Source: an uncultured Chloroflexota bacterium
Lineage (GTDB): Bacteria > Chloroflexota > UBA11872 > VXNJ01
Direction: 5' to 3'
Assembly: GCA_913043205.1 (NCBI GenBank)
Contig: CAJWLF010000001.1
Span: forward strand, 128,032 to 192,031
DNA: 64,000 nt
Shown: positions 20,015 to 29,582 of the stretch, piece by piece
How positions within the stretch are numbered: the stretch's first letter is position 1
Layout of the letters: the number at the start of each line of letters is the position of its first letter
Position numbers and translations under genes: made by a program
The notes under the pieces: generated by a model
What the model saw: the letters and a program-made list of their open reading frames with translations, nothing else
The model's database searches: none
What the model was told of the DNA's origin: nothing

Positions 20015-21337
20015 CTATTCAACGTAGGCTTTTGGATCATCTTTGGTGATCTCCTTTTTACGAGCTTCTATTTCAACAATGCGGGGTCCGTCTAGTCGAC
20101 GTGCAGTTAATTCCGCTGTCGGAGTGTCGACGATTTCGTTAAGTTCTGGGATTCTTCCGATCAAGTCGAGAACATATCCTGCTACCGTTTCATAGCTGCC
20201 TTCATCTAGTTGGATGCCTGTTGCCTCAGCTAACTCATCAAGTCGGGTTAAGCCAGAGACCAAATACTGATCAGAGGCTAGTTTATGTATTCGGAGTTGC
20301 GGTGATTCGTGTTCATCCGCGATCTCTCCAACTAGTTCTTCCGCTAGATCCTCTATTGTTAGTAAACCCGTGACTGATCCGTGTTCGTCTACGGCAATTA
20401 CCATTTGTGCCTTATCTTTCTGCATAGTCTGTGGAAGACCGGCTATTCGAGCAGATTCGGGTAGTACTAGGAGTGATCTCAATTTTTCTGCTGGCAGAGG
20501 ATGTTCGAGTTTTGATTCCTCTATTGAGAGTAAATCTATTGCATGGACGAATCCAACTAGGTCATCTTCCTCACTATCGAACAAAGGTATCCTGGATACA
20601 TGCCAACTAGTAAACGCCTCTTGCAAATCCTGGACTGTAGAGGAGATAGAGAGGGTGTGCATTTCTAGCCGAGGCACCATGACCTCTTTGACCCGCTTTC
20701 GTCCAAATTCCAGTGACTTACCTACCAATCTTTCTGTGCTAGGGTCGATGCTTCCTTCCTCTCGAAGGTCTTCCAAAACTAATGAGATTTCGCTTTCGGA
20801 ATAGGCTGCGACTACTTCATCGCCAGGCTGTACCCCAAAGATACGTAGCACTGGTTTTGCGAGAAGGGTTGGTAGCCAGAGTAACCAGCCTGTCACAGTA
20901 GCGTAAGCCCTGTATGGGACAGCCACTAGCATAGCTACACGTTCAGGCGTTGTTATAGCTGCGTTTTTCGGCACCATTTCTCCTAGTACTACGTGGAGAT
21001 ATGTGATTAACAAGAGTGTTAAGGGGAATGCAACGGCATGACTCGTTTCGGTTGGCAAGGAGGATAATCCAGGTAACTGTGCGATGTACTCAGCCAAGGC
21101 GCGCTCTGCTACATAACCGAGCACGAACGAAAATACTGTTATTCCTAACTGGCATCCGGATACAACTAGCCTTAGGTCTCTCATCAACGATGAAGCGACT
21201 TTGGCAGAACGTATGCCTTTGTTGGCCATTTCGTCTATCTTACTGCGATTGGCAGCTGCCAAAGATACCTCGGCAGCAATCATGAAGGCATTGCCGGCTA
21301 GAAGGGCAATTGTGATAATTAAAACCCAGATATTCAT
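20015..21337 (-). CDS. CNNM(DUF21)-CBS-CorC protein (TlyC/hemolysin family)
   Basis: CQLGIT, VLGEMVPKN, VMVPR, SRIP, VDEHG..GLLTIEDLAEELVGEI, YETVAGYV. Confidence 0.92.
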   Translation of the reverse strand: MNIWVLIITIALLAGNAFMIAAEVSLAAANRSKIDEMANKGIRSAKVASSLMRDLRLVVSGCQLGITVFSFVLGYVAERALAEYIAQLPGLSSLPTETSHAVAFPLTLLLITYLHVVLGEMVPKNAAITTPERVAMLVAVPYRAYATVTGWLLWLPTLLAKPVLRIFGVQPGDEVVAAYSESEISLVLEDLREEGSIDPSTERLVGKSLEFGRKRVKEVMVPRLEMHTLSISSTVQDLQEAFTSWHVSRIPLFDSEEDDLVGFVHAIDLLSIEESKLEHPLPAEKLRSLLVLPESARIAGLPQTMQKDKAQMVIAVDEHGSVTGLLTIEDLAEELVGEIADEHESPQLRIHKLASDQYLVSGLTRLDELAEATGIQLDEGSYETVAGYVLDLIGRIPELNEIVDTPTAELTARRLDGPRIVEIEARKKEITKDDPKAYVE

Positions 21338-22659
21338 GTTGCTTTTTCAGAAGACGGTATAGGAGGGGTCACCCTAACACTTGTAATCCTCATCTGTTCG
21401 AGGCCAACTACATCAAACGTCCATGATTCATATGTCAATCGATCACCCAGTTGAGGAATTCGTTGAAAATGGAGTAGTAGAAATCCCGCTAGGGTTTCAT
21501 ATGGTCCATCTGGAATATGAAAACCTGTCTCGTTTGCAAGATCAGACGCAACTATGAGCCCCGGCACAATTTGAGGGTGTGGATATTCGCTGGTATCGAC
21601 AGTGGTAGTTTCGTTCGATATGGGCTGATTTGTTTCGCCGATAAGCTCCTCCAATAGATCTTCCAAGGTCAATAATCCAGCGAATACCCCATGTTCGTCA
21701 GCGACCAATGCCATTTGGGCACGTCTTCGCTGCATATCGACTAACACTGATTGTAAAGTGGCTCCGGACGGTACCACTAATGGGTCCCGTGTGTGTTGTG
21801 CGATGGGTGTGGTTGGCCACATCTTGCGTGGTATTTCAAAGAGGTCTTGCGTGTGTACGACACCGAGGATCTCTTCACTTTCAGTTGATAAGACGGGATA
21901 TCTCGCAAATCCTGTTGAGAGGGTTTTGTTAACCAAGTCTTGGATAGTATCTGAGTCCATCATAGTCTCAGCTGAGGCCCTCGGAACTAGGACGTCTCTA
22001 GTAGATATAGTTGCAAAATTGATCGCCTTCCTAAGCAAATCTAATTCTACGCCGTGAAGGGATCCGGCTGATGCGGACCATCTGACGACACGCTCCAGGT
22101 CTGCTAACGAACTGATTCCTACTAGCTCGTCACTTGGTTCCATTCCTGTTAAGCGTAGGGTCCAAGTTGCTGAATTATTCAACACTACGATAATCGGACG
22201 AAAAAGGAGGTTGGATATTCTCATCAATGGTGCTAACCATAGTGCTGTTGTTAATGGTCGAGCTATTGCATGATTTTTTGGCACAACCTCTCCAAAAACA
22301 ATCTGAAACAAAGATAAAACGATAAGGGCTATACCAGCACTTGCAGCTATAACCGTTGGCTCTCCCAACCAATTGGGTATTGCCCGTAATAGCGGCCTGA
22401 ACCATGGTGCAGCGACGGGCTCGATTAGGAAACCTATAAGCAATGAGCTTACGGATATACCTAGTTGGCCTCCGGACATTTCGAAGTTCAAATCTTTAAG
22501 AACTTGAAGGGTGACTCGAGCACGCCTATTGCCTTGCTTTGCAAGGCTTTCAACCTGGTATCTGTTGACGGCAACCAAGGCAAATTCCGCACCTGCATAA
22601 ACCCCATTTGCGGCGATTAACAGTGCGATTACCAGGATGCCTACAAAGACGTCGATTAT
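21334..22659 (-). CDS. CNNM(DUF21)-CBS-CorC protein; probable non-canonical ATA start
   Basis: QLGIS, FGEVVPKN, DEHG..GLLTLEDLLEELIGE, YETLAGF. The frame extends 27 codons above TTG 22578 through a typical first TM helix to ATA 22659, preceded by GAGGAGG. Confidence 0.9.
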   Translation of the reverse strand: MIDVFVGILVIALLIAANGVYAGAEFALVAVNRYQVESLAKQGNRRARVTLQVLKDLNFEMSGGQLGISVSSLLIGFLIEPVAAPWFRPLLRAIPNWLGEPTVIAASAGIALIVLSLFQIVFGEVVPKNHAIARPLTTALWLAPLMRISNLLFRPIIVVLNNSATWTLRLTGMEPSDELVGISSLADLERVVRWSASAGSLHGVELDLLRKAINFATISTRDVLVPRASAETMMDSDTIQDLVNKTLSTGFARYPVLSTESEEILGVVHTQDLFEIPRKMWPTTPIAQHTRDPLVVPSGATLQSVLVDMQRRRAQMALVADEHGVFAGLLTLEDLLEELIGETNQPISNETTTVDTSEYPHPQIVPGLIVASDLANETGFHIPDGPYETLAGFLLLHFQRIPQLGDRLTYESWTFDVVGLEQMRITSVRVTPPIPSSEKAT

Positions 22660-22857
22660 CCATTCCTCCTCATAAATTAAAACAACTTCTAACTACTAAA
22701 TTGTATTTGCGCGAAACAAGTTAAGCTAGTTCTGCCGAATTACCTGAGTCCTTGTATACAATATATCGCAGGGTAGATGTTGCCCTACTGTTAGTTACGT
22801 AAGTTGGATTTTAGTCGTGTCTGTTTATGCAGGGACTGGCTTTCCGAAAGAGGAGCA

Positions 22858-24330
22858 ATGATGGGTCGCCCCAATATTTTGTGGTACTGCAGTGACCAAC
22901 AGCGATTTGATACGATCCAAGGATTGAACAATCCTCATATTCATACGCCTCGGATCAACGAGTTTATGGACAGCGCTGTTACTTTCACACACGCTTTTTG
23001 TCAGACTCAAATATGCACCCCGAGCCGTTCCAGTTTTTTAACAAGTCAATACCCCAGTGCGGTCGGTGTTATGGGAAATGGCAATGCATTTTTCCCAGAT
23101 TCACAAGCGAGTAGACTTATTACACGACGACTTTCAGATTCCGGTTATGACGTCGGCAATGTAGGCAAATTGCATCTCGCTGGGGCAGCTGGAGGACAAG
23201 AGCCACGTGTGAACGACGGATATCGCTATTTTGAATACAGCCACTCTAGCAAAGGTCCAGAGCAAGCCCATCATGACTATGTCGATTGGCTGCGTCGTCA
23301 GGATGTTGATCCATTTTCATTGATGGAGAAGTCCGATCCTAGTACTTATCGGGCAGGGGCTAATGTTCGTAGTTTTGGTGGGTTATATGAGCCCACTGAA
23401 GATCAAGACAACATTCCTCCTCATTTACATCAAACGCATTGGTGCACAGAGATGGCCATAGAATTTTTGAATACTGTACGAAAAGAGGATGAACCATGGT
23501 TTTTGACTATTAACCCATTTGATCCTCATGCTGCATTCGATGCGCCCTGGGAGTATTACCGTAGATATAATCCGGATTCATTACCCGGTGCTCATTTTGC
23601 TGAGAGTGACTTGGAACACCAGCAGCAGTTGGTAGAGGCGGGCGTTGATTTTCAGTCTAGACCTATGCACCCGGAGCAGCGTGAACATCGTAAAATTCAG
23701 GCGTCGTATTATGCGATGATTGAACAAATCGACCACGAATTTGGGCGTTTAATTGACTATTTAGATGCTACAAACCAACGTGAAAATACAATAATAATTT
23801 TTATGAGTGATCACGGAGAAGCCTTATGTGATCACGGCCTCATACTTAAGGGGTGCAGGTTTTTTGAAGGTCTGGTGAGGGTGCCTCTGATGATATCGTG
23901 GCCTAAGCAGTATCTTAAGGGCGAGATTAGTGACGCTTTGGTTGAACTTATTGACATAACGCCTACGCTCTATGAAGCTTGTGATGAGGAAATACCCTAT
24001 TGGGTGCAAGGCAAATCGCTTGCGTCAATTTTGAATGGCAATTCTACCGGTGCCGATCATCGAGAGTTTGTACGGACGGAGTTTTTTGGAGCTATCGATC
24101 ATGCAGACAACACCCATGCGACCATGTATCGCGACCGGCACTGGAAGCTTGTTTCCTACCATGGAAAGGATCTGTTTGAATTGTATGACTTGCAGCAAGA
24201 CCCTTGGGAACACAATAATTTGGCCGCGAACGATAGCTACGCTTCCAAACTCAATGAACTCATAAGAAAGAGCTTTGATGCACAGGTTTATTCGCATCAA
24301 GCGAGTCCACCACGAACGTCACCGTATTAG
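22858..24330 (+). CDS. Sulfatase (Cys-type)
   Basis: PNILWYCSDQQR, CTPSR, GKLH, PH, SDHGE; AGGAG SD before ATGATG. Confidence 0.93.
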   Translation: MMGRPNILWYCSDQQRFDTIQGLNNPHIHTPRINEFMDSAVTFTHAFCQTQICTPSRSSFLTSQYPSAVGVMGNGNAFFPDSQASRLITRRLSDSGYDVGNVGKLHLAGAAGGQEPRVNDGYRYFEYSHSSKGPEQAHHDYVDWLRRQDVDPFSLMEKSDPSTYRAGANVRSFGGLYEPTEDQDNIPPHLHQTHWCTEMAIEFLNTVRKEDEPWFLTINPFDPHAAFDAPWEYYRRYNPDSLPGAHFAESDLEHQQQLVEAGVDFQSRPMHPEQREHRKIQASYYAMIEQIDHEFGRLIDYLDATNQRENTIIIFMSDHGEALCDHGLILKGCRFFEGLVRVPLMISWPKQYLKGEISDALVELIDITPTLYEACDEEIPYWVQGKSLASILNGNSTGADHREFVRTEFFGAIDHADNTHATMYRDRHWKLVSYHGKDLFELYDLQQDPWEHNNLAANDSYASKLNELIRKSFDAQVYSHQASPPRTSPY

Positions 24331-24345
24331 TTTTTGCTAATCTAA

Positions 24346-25608
24346 TTAATTGGTCAGCTGGACTAGTTCTCCAGTATTTGAAAAACTGAACGGCTCGCCA
24401 TCTCCTTCCTTTATAGCTGATCCGTTTTCTTCAAGTTCGGTGACAACAGGCGGGCTTGCCCAGAAATGTTCTAGCAACATGGTATTCTTGATTCGTATCA
24501 TCCGAGGGACACTGCGCCCAGCGATACGACTAGCTGCTGTATAAGCTGCTTCTAAAGTTGTTTCGTCACTAGTTAAGTGGAGCGGTATTTTAGACGCGGC
24601 GATTCCCAATGACGTTAACCCATTCATATAAGTTTTTTCGTAGTCTATTGATGCAACTAGGTTAGGTGACACGAAATCTGCGATCCCCACTCCAGTTGCG
24701 TTGCCACCCGACTCTTCCGTCAGTCGAAGGGTAGCTAGGTATTGAAAGTCTGGATCCTTCGGGCCATGGCTTAACAGCCTCCAAAAACCTACTATGTTGG
24801 TATCCATTCCTGCGCCAGAGATGTTTTTGCCCATCTCGTCTACGACCAAAAGGTGAAGGTGGTTTACTGGGAGGCGTGGAAGTATGTCCTTAGCTTTTAT
24901 CAGTAATTCTCTATCCGTCTGATGAAATTTAGCGGCCTCAACTACTCTGCAGTGAACCGGTTCGTCATACGCGTTTTCGACTAGAGCAATCCCCATGAGT
25001 ATTTTGTTTGTATCGATAGCTACCTGTGCTCCTTCAGGCACCATCTCGGCTAATCCCATTTCGTGGATTCTTTCTGCTCCAACTTGTTTGCCTAATCCAA
25101 CCGACGTCATTTTGCAGAGTCCACTCTCAATGTCTGACCTAAAATCTGTGTGTGGTTTGACCCGGCCTATCACGACGATGTGGTCGGCATGATAAGCGAT
25201 GGCATCCCCAAAAAAGGTTTGGCCACTTGGTCCGCTTCCCAATTCAATCACTTCCATTGTCGCCCGTACTTCAGCCCTCACCACAGATTGGACAATGTCA
25301 TATTCGGCTAAGACTGCCTTTTGACCGTCTGCAGTAGCCCCACCGTGACTGCCCATAGCAGGAACTATGAATGGTTTTAGCCCAGCAGACTTTAACTCGC
25401 TTACTATTGTCGATACTACCTGTACCAGCGGCGTTATGCCGCGGCTGCCCACACCGACAGCAACACTATCCCCTGTACTGAATTTGGCCGAGTTCAGCCT
25501 TGTTCTTATGCCGGCTCGTAACGTGCTCTCTAAATCGTCGATGCGTGTTCGGTCCAACTTTTGTTTCATTGGTACCATAATGGGCCATTCCACAGATATA
25601 CTCCTCAC
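24346..25608 (-). CDS. Lactate racemase (LarA)/DUF362-like domain protein
   Basis: GVGSRGI, PAMGSHGGAT, RVKPHTDF, ESGLCKM, GLGK, MGKNISGAGMDTN, GNATGVG. Confidence 0.75.
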   Translation of the reverse strand: MRSISVEWPIMVPMKQKLDRTRIDDLESTLRAGIRTRLNSAKFSTGDSVAVGVGSRGITPLVQVVSTIVSELKSAGLKPFIVPAMGSHGGATADGQKAVLAEYDIVQSVVRAEVRATMEVIELGSGPSGQTFFGDAIAYHADHIVVIGRVKPHTDFRSDIESGLCKMTSVGLGKQVGAERIHEMGLAEMVPEGAQVAIDTNKILMGIALVENAYDEPVHCRVVEAAKFHQTDRELLIKAKDILPRLPVNHLHLLVVDEMGKNISGAGMDTNIVGFWRLLSHGPKDPDFQYLATLRLTEESGGNATGVGIADFVSPNLVASIDYEKTYMNGLTSLGIAASKIPLHLTSDETTLEAAYTAASRIAGRSVPRMIRIKNTMLLEHFWASPPVVTELEENGSAIKEGDGEPFSFSNTGELVQLTN

Positions 25609-25754
25609 AGGTGCAGTTGATCGTATTTATTGTTCACAACTGTATTCTTCTACTACAAAAATATTGGCAATTGATCCTTTTGCTTTAGCTTCAACACGGT
25701 CTCGTAGAGGACTATGGTTTTGTTTGTGTTGCTTGAATTTGCTAACGTAATCTC

Positions 25755-26969
25755 CTATCTTGAATCAGCGTGGTGTGGCTTGTTTTCGATAAATAGTTGC
25801 ACATCCCTTATGGATTCTGCTGCAAACGAACCTGAACATGCCGACAGGTAAAAATCCCACATCCGAATGAATGTGTTGTCAAATCCTATCCGTCTCACAT
25901 CCTCAATTCGGTTCCAAAATCTGCGTCTCCACTCGTTGAGTGTCAGCACATAGTGTTGGCTTATATCCCGCTCGTTGGAAATACACATGTTGCCTCCTGT
26001 TTGATCCAAGCAATCTCGAATTTCGGCAACGGCGGGTAGGACCCCTCCTGGAAAAATATATTTACTTATCCAACCGGAAGCTCTCATCGGTATATGACGA
26101 TCTTTGTCTTGTATTGCAATTGTCTGAAGTAGCATAGTCCCTTCTGGTACAAGTAGCTGGCTGCATATTTCAAAAAATTGCCCCCAATATTCACGCCCTA
26201 CTGCTTCAAACATTTCGATCGAAACTATGTGGTCAAAAGTGCCTTTAATGTCTCTGTAATCGGCATACTGTATCGACACCATGTCGCCTAATTTTTCATC
26301 TTCGACCCGTTTGGTAGCGAGTGTGTGCTGTTCTTTGGAGATAGTTATACCGGTCACGTGGCATCCGAAGTTTTTCGCTGCGTAAACAGCGAAGCCTCCC
26401 CATCCACAACCGATTTCAAGTACTCGGGATCCGGGTTTCAAATCTAACCTTCTACAAATTACGTCGAATTTACGTATTTGAGCATCTGCCAAATTTCCGG
26501 ATCCGTCGGGGCCAAATATGGCACAGGAGTAGGCGAGAGTTGTGTTATCTAGGAATAGCTGAAAAAATTCATTGCTCAGGTCGTAATGAGCATGGATGTT
26601 TTGCTCTGATCCAGAACGACTATTGGATTTCCGAGAATGAGATAAGTTATCAACGATTCGTTTGATGGTCGATAACGGCCCTCCAAGCTTTAGGGCCTTT
26701 GCGTTATGCACTGCTGCACCCAGGAATGTTGGTAGATCGTCAGCACTCCATTCCCCTGCCATATAGGATTCTCCTATACCGGTTTCGCCTTCGAACAACA
26801 GCCGGCGGTAGACATTGTTACTATTTACCGTAACTAGATGTTGTTGATCGCTTCGAGGGCCGAAACAACGTTCTGTCTTATTCACATCTACTATACGTAA
26901 CCGACTGTCTTTCCAGCTTCGGAGAGATGCCATCACAACCATCTTCGATATCAGATTTAAGGCCCTCAT
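25755..26969 (-). CDS. cfa: Cyclopropane-fatty-acyl-phospholipid synthase family methyltransferase
   Basis: GESYM, NIHAHYDLSNEFF, YSCA, LEIGCGWG, SIEMFEAVG, KYIFPGG, RMWDFYL. Confidence 0.9.
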   Translation of the reverse strand: MRALNLISKMVVMASLRSWKDSRLRIVDVNKTERCFGPRSDQQHLVTVNSNNVYRRLLFEGETGIGESYMAGEWSADDLPTFLGAAVHNAKALKLGGPLSTIKRIVDNLSHSRKSNSRSGSEQNIHAHYDLSNEFFQLFLDNTTLAYSCAIFGPDGSGNLADAQIRKFDVICRRLDLKPGSRVLEIGCGWGGFAVYAAKNFGCHVTGITISKEQHTLATKRVEDEKLGDMVSIQYADYRDIKGTFDHIVSIEMFEAVGREYWGQFFEICSQLLVPEGTMLLQTIAIQDKDRHIPMRASGWISKYIFPGGVLPAVAEIRDCLDQTGGNMCISNERDISQHYVLTLNEWRRRFWNRIEDVRRIGFDNTFIRMWDFYLSACSGSFAAESIRDVQLFIENKPHHADSR

Positions 26970-27057
26970 TATGAATTATGTCTCCATATTTAAGGTGGCG
27001 TATAACGTTTGTAATTTGTCTATAGTGTACACAGTAGCTACTGCCCGTCCAGTGCTG

Positions 27058-28572
27058 TTATTCGCTAGGAATTGTATATAGGGTGCGATATTTCTTTGAA
27101 AGGTATTGTATGTACGGTGTTGGATCTATTTGTGATGATAGTTCTTGTTCGGCGAGTTGAAGTGCAGACCACTTAGAACCATGGTTGTGTACGTGCTTTC
27201 TCATCCAGGCTAGCAACGAATCGGATCGACCAGCTCGCATTTCAGATGTGATTTCCGGGTAATCGGAGATAGCTTTTTCAAATAGTTGCTGGGATAGAAT
27301 GGTTCCAAGAGTATACGTTGGGAAGTAGCCGAAATATCCACTCGCCCAGTGGACGTCTTGCAGTACGCCTGATGAGTCTGTGGCTGGGCTCAAGCCCAAC
27401 AAAGCTTTCATGAGAGACCACCATCGATCAGGGAGGTCATCTACTTCTAATGCTCCCTCGATCAGTTCTTTCTCTATCTGGAAGCGAAGGATAATGTGTA
27501 GGCCGTACGTCACCTCGTCGGCGTTAACCCGAATATATCCTGGCTCGACCTTATTAGAAGCCAAATACAGTTCTTTAGGCGTTACATCTGCGAATCGTTC
27601 AGGGAAATGAGATTGCAGATGATGGAGCAGGTGTGGAGCGACTATTTCAGACCTACCAAATAGATTCTCCCATAGTCTAGATTGTGACTCTGCAATTGAT
27701 AAAGACTCACATCCGGATAGAGGCGATCTTGATAACTCCTTTGGGATGCCTTGGTCGTGTATTGCGTGTCCTCCTTCGTGCAATGCTGCAAAAATGACCT
27801 CGCTTAAGGTTTCTGGTTTAGTACGTATGGTGATTCGTGCATCGCCTCTACCTATTCGTGTTGAGAACGGGTGCGCGGAACGGTCCAGTCTTCCGCCTGA
27901 CATGTCATAGCCAATCCATTGAACAAGTGTATCTGCTAAATCCATCTGTTTTGTTGGGCAAAACGTACCTTTCAGTAGGCTGTCATCAATGTCAGCCCCC
28001 TTGGTGTGGATCTCCTGCAACAGTTCCACTATTCCGGTGCGCATATGACCAAAAATGCGGTCAGTTATAGATGATGTCAGTCCGGGCTCGTATAGATCTA
28101 GCAATGCATCGTAAGGACTTTCGTCATACCCTAGGGCTTCTGCTTGTCTACGCTGAAGACATATTTGTCTTTTTAGGTATGGCTTGAATTGACCGAAATC
28201 ATCGGCGGCGCGAGCTTTAATCCATGCGTCAAAAGCCTCTGATGCGCAACTAGCAATTTGTGTTACAAGCTCCGAAGGTACTTTCAACGCCCGCCGATAA
28301 TGACGGTCGGTTATGCGCCATAGTGACGCGTTCTTGCTATTCGGATCTAGACGGCAAGCTTCATGCCGTAAATTTTTCAATAGTGAACCGATTGCTGAGT
28401 CTGTTAGTAGTTTGTGGGATATATGTTCGATGGTCGCTAGTTTCTGAGATCGTGCGGTTGCACCATTTGGAGGCATCATTGTCTGTTGGTCCCACGCAAG
28501 AAGAGACGCAGTTTCTTTCAAGTCAGATATCAGATTCAATTTATGAAGTAGTTGGTCCCAATTACTGGACAT
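27058..28572 (-). CDS. Carboxypeptidase M32
   Basis: LLAWDQ, YDALLDLYEPG, HPF, HEGGH, ESQS, IRVNADE, QDVHW, GYFPTYTLG. Start trimmed to ATG 28572. Confidence 0.93.
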   Translation of the reverse strand: MSSNWDQLLHKLNLISDLKETASLLAWDQQTMMPPNGATARSQKLATIEHISHKLLTDSAIGSLLKNLRHEACRLDPNSKNASLWRITDRHYRRALKVPSELVTQIASCASEAFDAWIKARAADDFGQFKPYLKRQICLQRRQAEALGYDESPYDALLDLYEPGLTSSITDRIFGHMRTGIVELLQEIHTKGADIDDSLLKGTFCPTKQMDLADTLVQWIGYDMSGGRLDRSAHPFSTRIGRGDARITIRTKPETLSEVIFAALHEGGHAIHDQGIPKELSRSPLSGCESLSIAESQSRLWENLFGRSEIVAPHLLHHLQSHFPERFADVTPKELYLASNKVEPGYIRVNADEVTYGLHIILRFQIEKELIEGALEVDDLPDRWWSLMKALLGLSPATDSSGVLQDVHWASGYFGYFPTYTLGTILSQQLFEKAISDYPEITSEMRAGRSDSLLAWMRKHVHNHGSKWSALQLAEQELSSQIDPTPYIQYLSKKYRTLYTIPSE

Positions 28573-28577
28573 GTTTT

Positions 28578-29528
28578 TTATTCCGTATTCCTTGGGTTTT
28601 GCATTACTTGATATATCGATTCTTGATTGACTCCTAACGGACCGGCTGAATTGCTGGCTGACACTGCTCCTGCTGCGCACGCAAATTCGCATGCATATTC
28701 GATATCTTTTCCATTAGTCCAAGCTGCCATAAAGCCTCCTCCAAATGAGTCACCTGCACCGATAGGGTTGATTTCATCTACTTTGAACCCCGGTATGTGG
28801 ACGGGTCTACTTTTGTTATAACGATCTAGATAGATACCATTTCGCCCTCGTTTTACTATGACGTGGCCCGGGTATTCTGCAAGGAGTTGTTTGCGAGCAG
28901 CCGTGTAGGACCTGCCCATAACGAGCTCATACTCGTATTCGCTACCTATCAATACGTCGATAGTGTCATCAAGAACAATAATTTCTTCGAAGTTGAGCAT
29001 TTCTGGTCCTGCCTGCCCTATGTCCAATACAGTGGTCTGCCCCCCTAGCTTGGCAGTTTTAGCTAATTGTTTTAGTGGTTCAACTATAGGTCTATCCATT
29101 ACCAGAGATAACCCACTGAAATAGAGAGGTCTGTCTTTGCAAGCTTCGATGAATGTGTCTAACTTCAATCGAGAACCTGGGAAAAAGTAGGATTGTCGGC
29201 GTCCGTCTAATCCATTTGCAATTGTATGTGTGGCGGTTTGACTATTGTCTAGGGACAAAGTTGATATTCCTAATTCTTCGAAATACTGTGTTAAGTATGC
29301 TCCCATAGAATCTTTACCGATAACCCCAGCTAATGTGCACTCTCCTCGTAAAGTGGCAAAAACGATTGCTGAACTACCGGCAGTTCCTGCTGGTAAGAGC
29401 CTGGCAGGTTGGTCATGCCATATGTCGCTAGACGTCGTGAATTCAAAGTCTGGTTCTGGAAAAGCGGCCAAGTTCGAGATGCTTATATCTAGAACTATCG
29501 ATCCGACGAAGACAGCCCTGCTAGCCAT
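28578..29528 (-). CDS. PfkB-family carbohydrate kinase
   Basis: GVIGKDSMG, VKRGRNG, GAGDSFGGGF. Confidence 0.88.
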   Translation of the reverse strand: MASRAVFVGSIVLDISISNLAAFPEPDFEFTTSSDIWHDQPARLLPAGTAGSSAIVFATLRGECTLAGVIGKDSMGAYLTQYFEELGISTLSLDNSQTATHTIANGLDGRRQSYFFPGSRLKLDTFIEACKDRPLYFSGLSLVMDRPIVEPLKQLAKTAKLGGQTTVLDIGQAGPEMLNFEEIIVLDDTIDVLIGSEYEYELVMGRSYTAARKQLLAEYPGHVIVKRGRNGIYLDRYNKSRPVHIPGFKVDEINPIGAGDSFGGGFMAAWTNGKDIEYACEFACAAGAVSASNSAGPLGVNQESIYQVMQNPRNTE

Positions 29529-29582
29529 TGGAGTGATAGTTACTCAGCCGCTGGTTGGTTAAGGGATTGGGTGCCAGGATTT

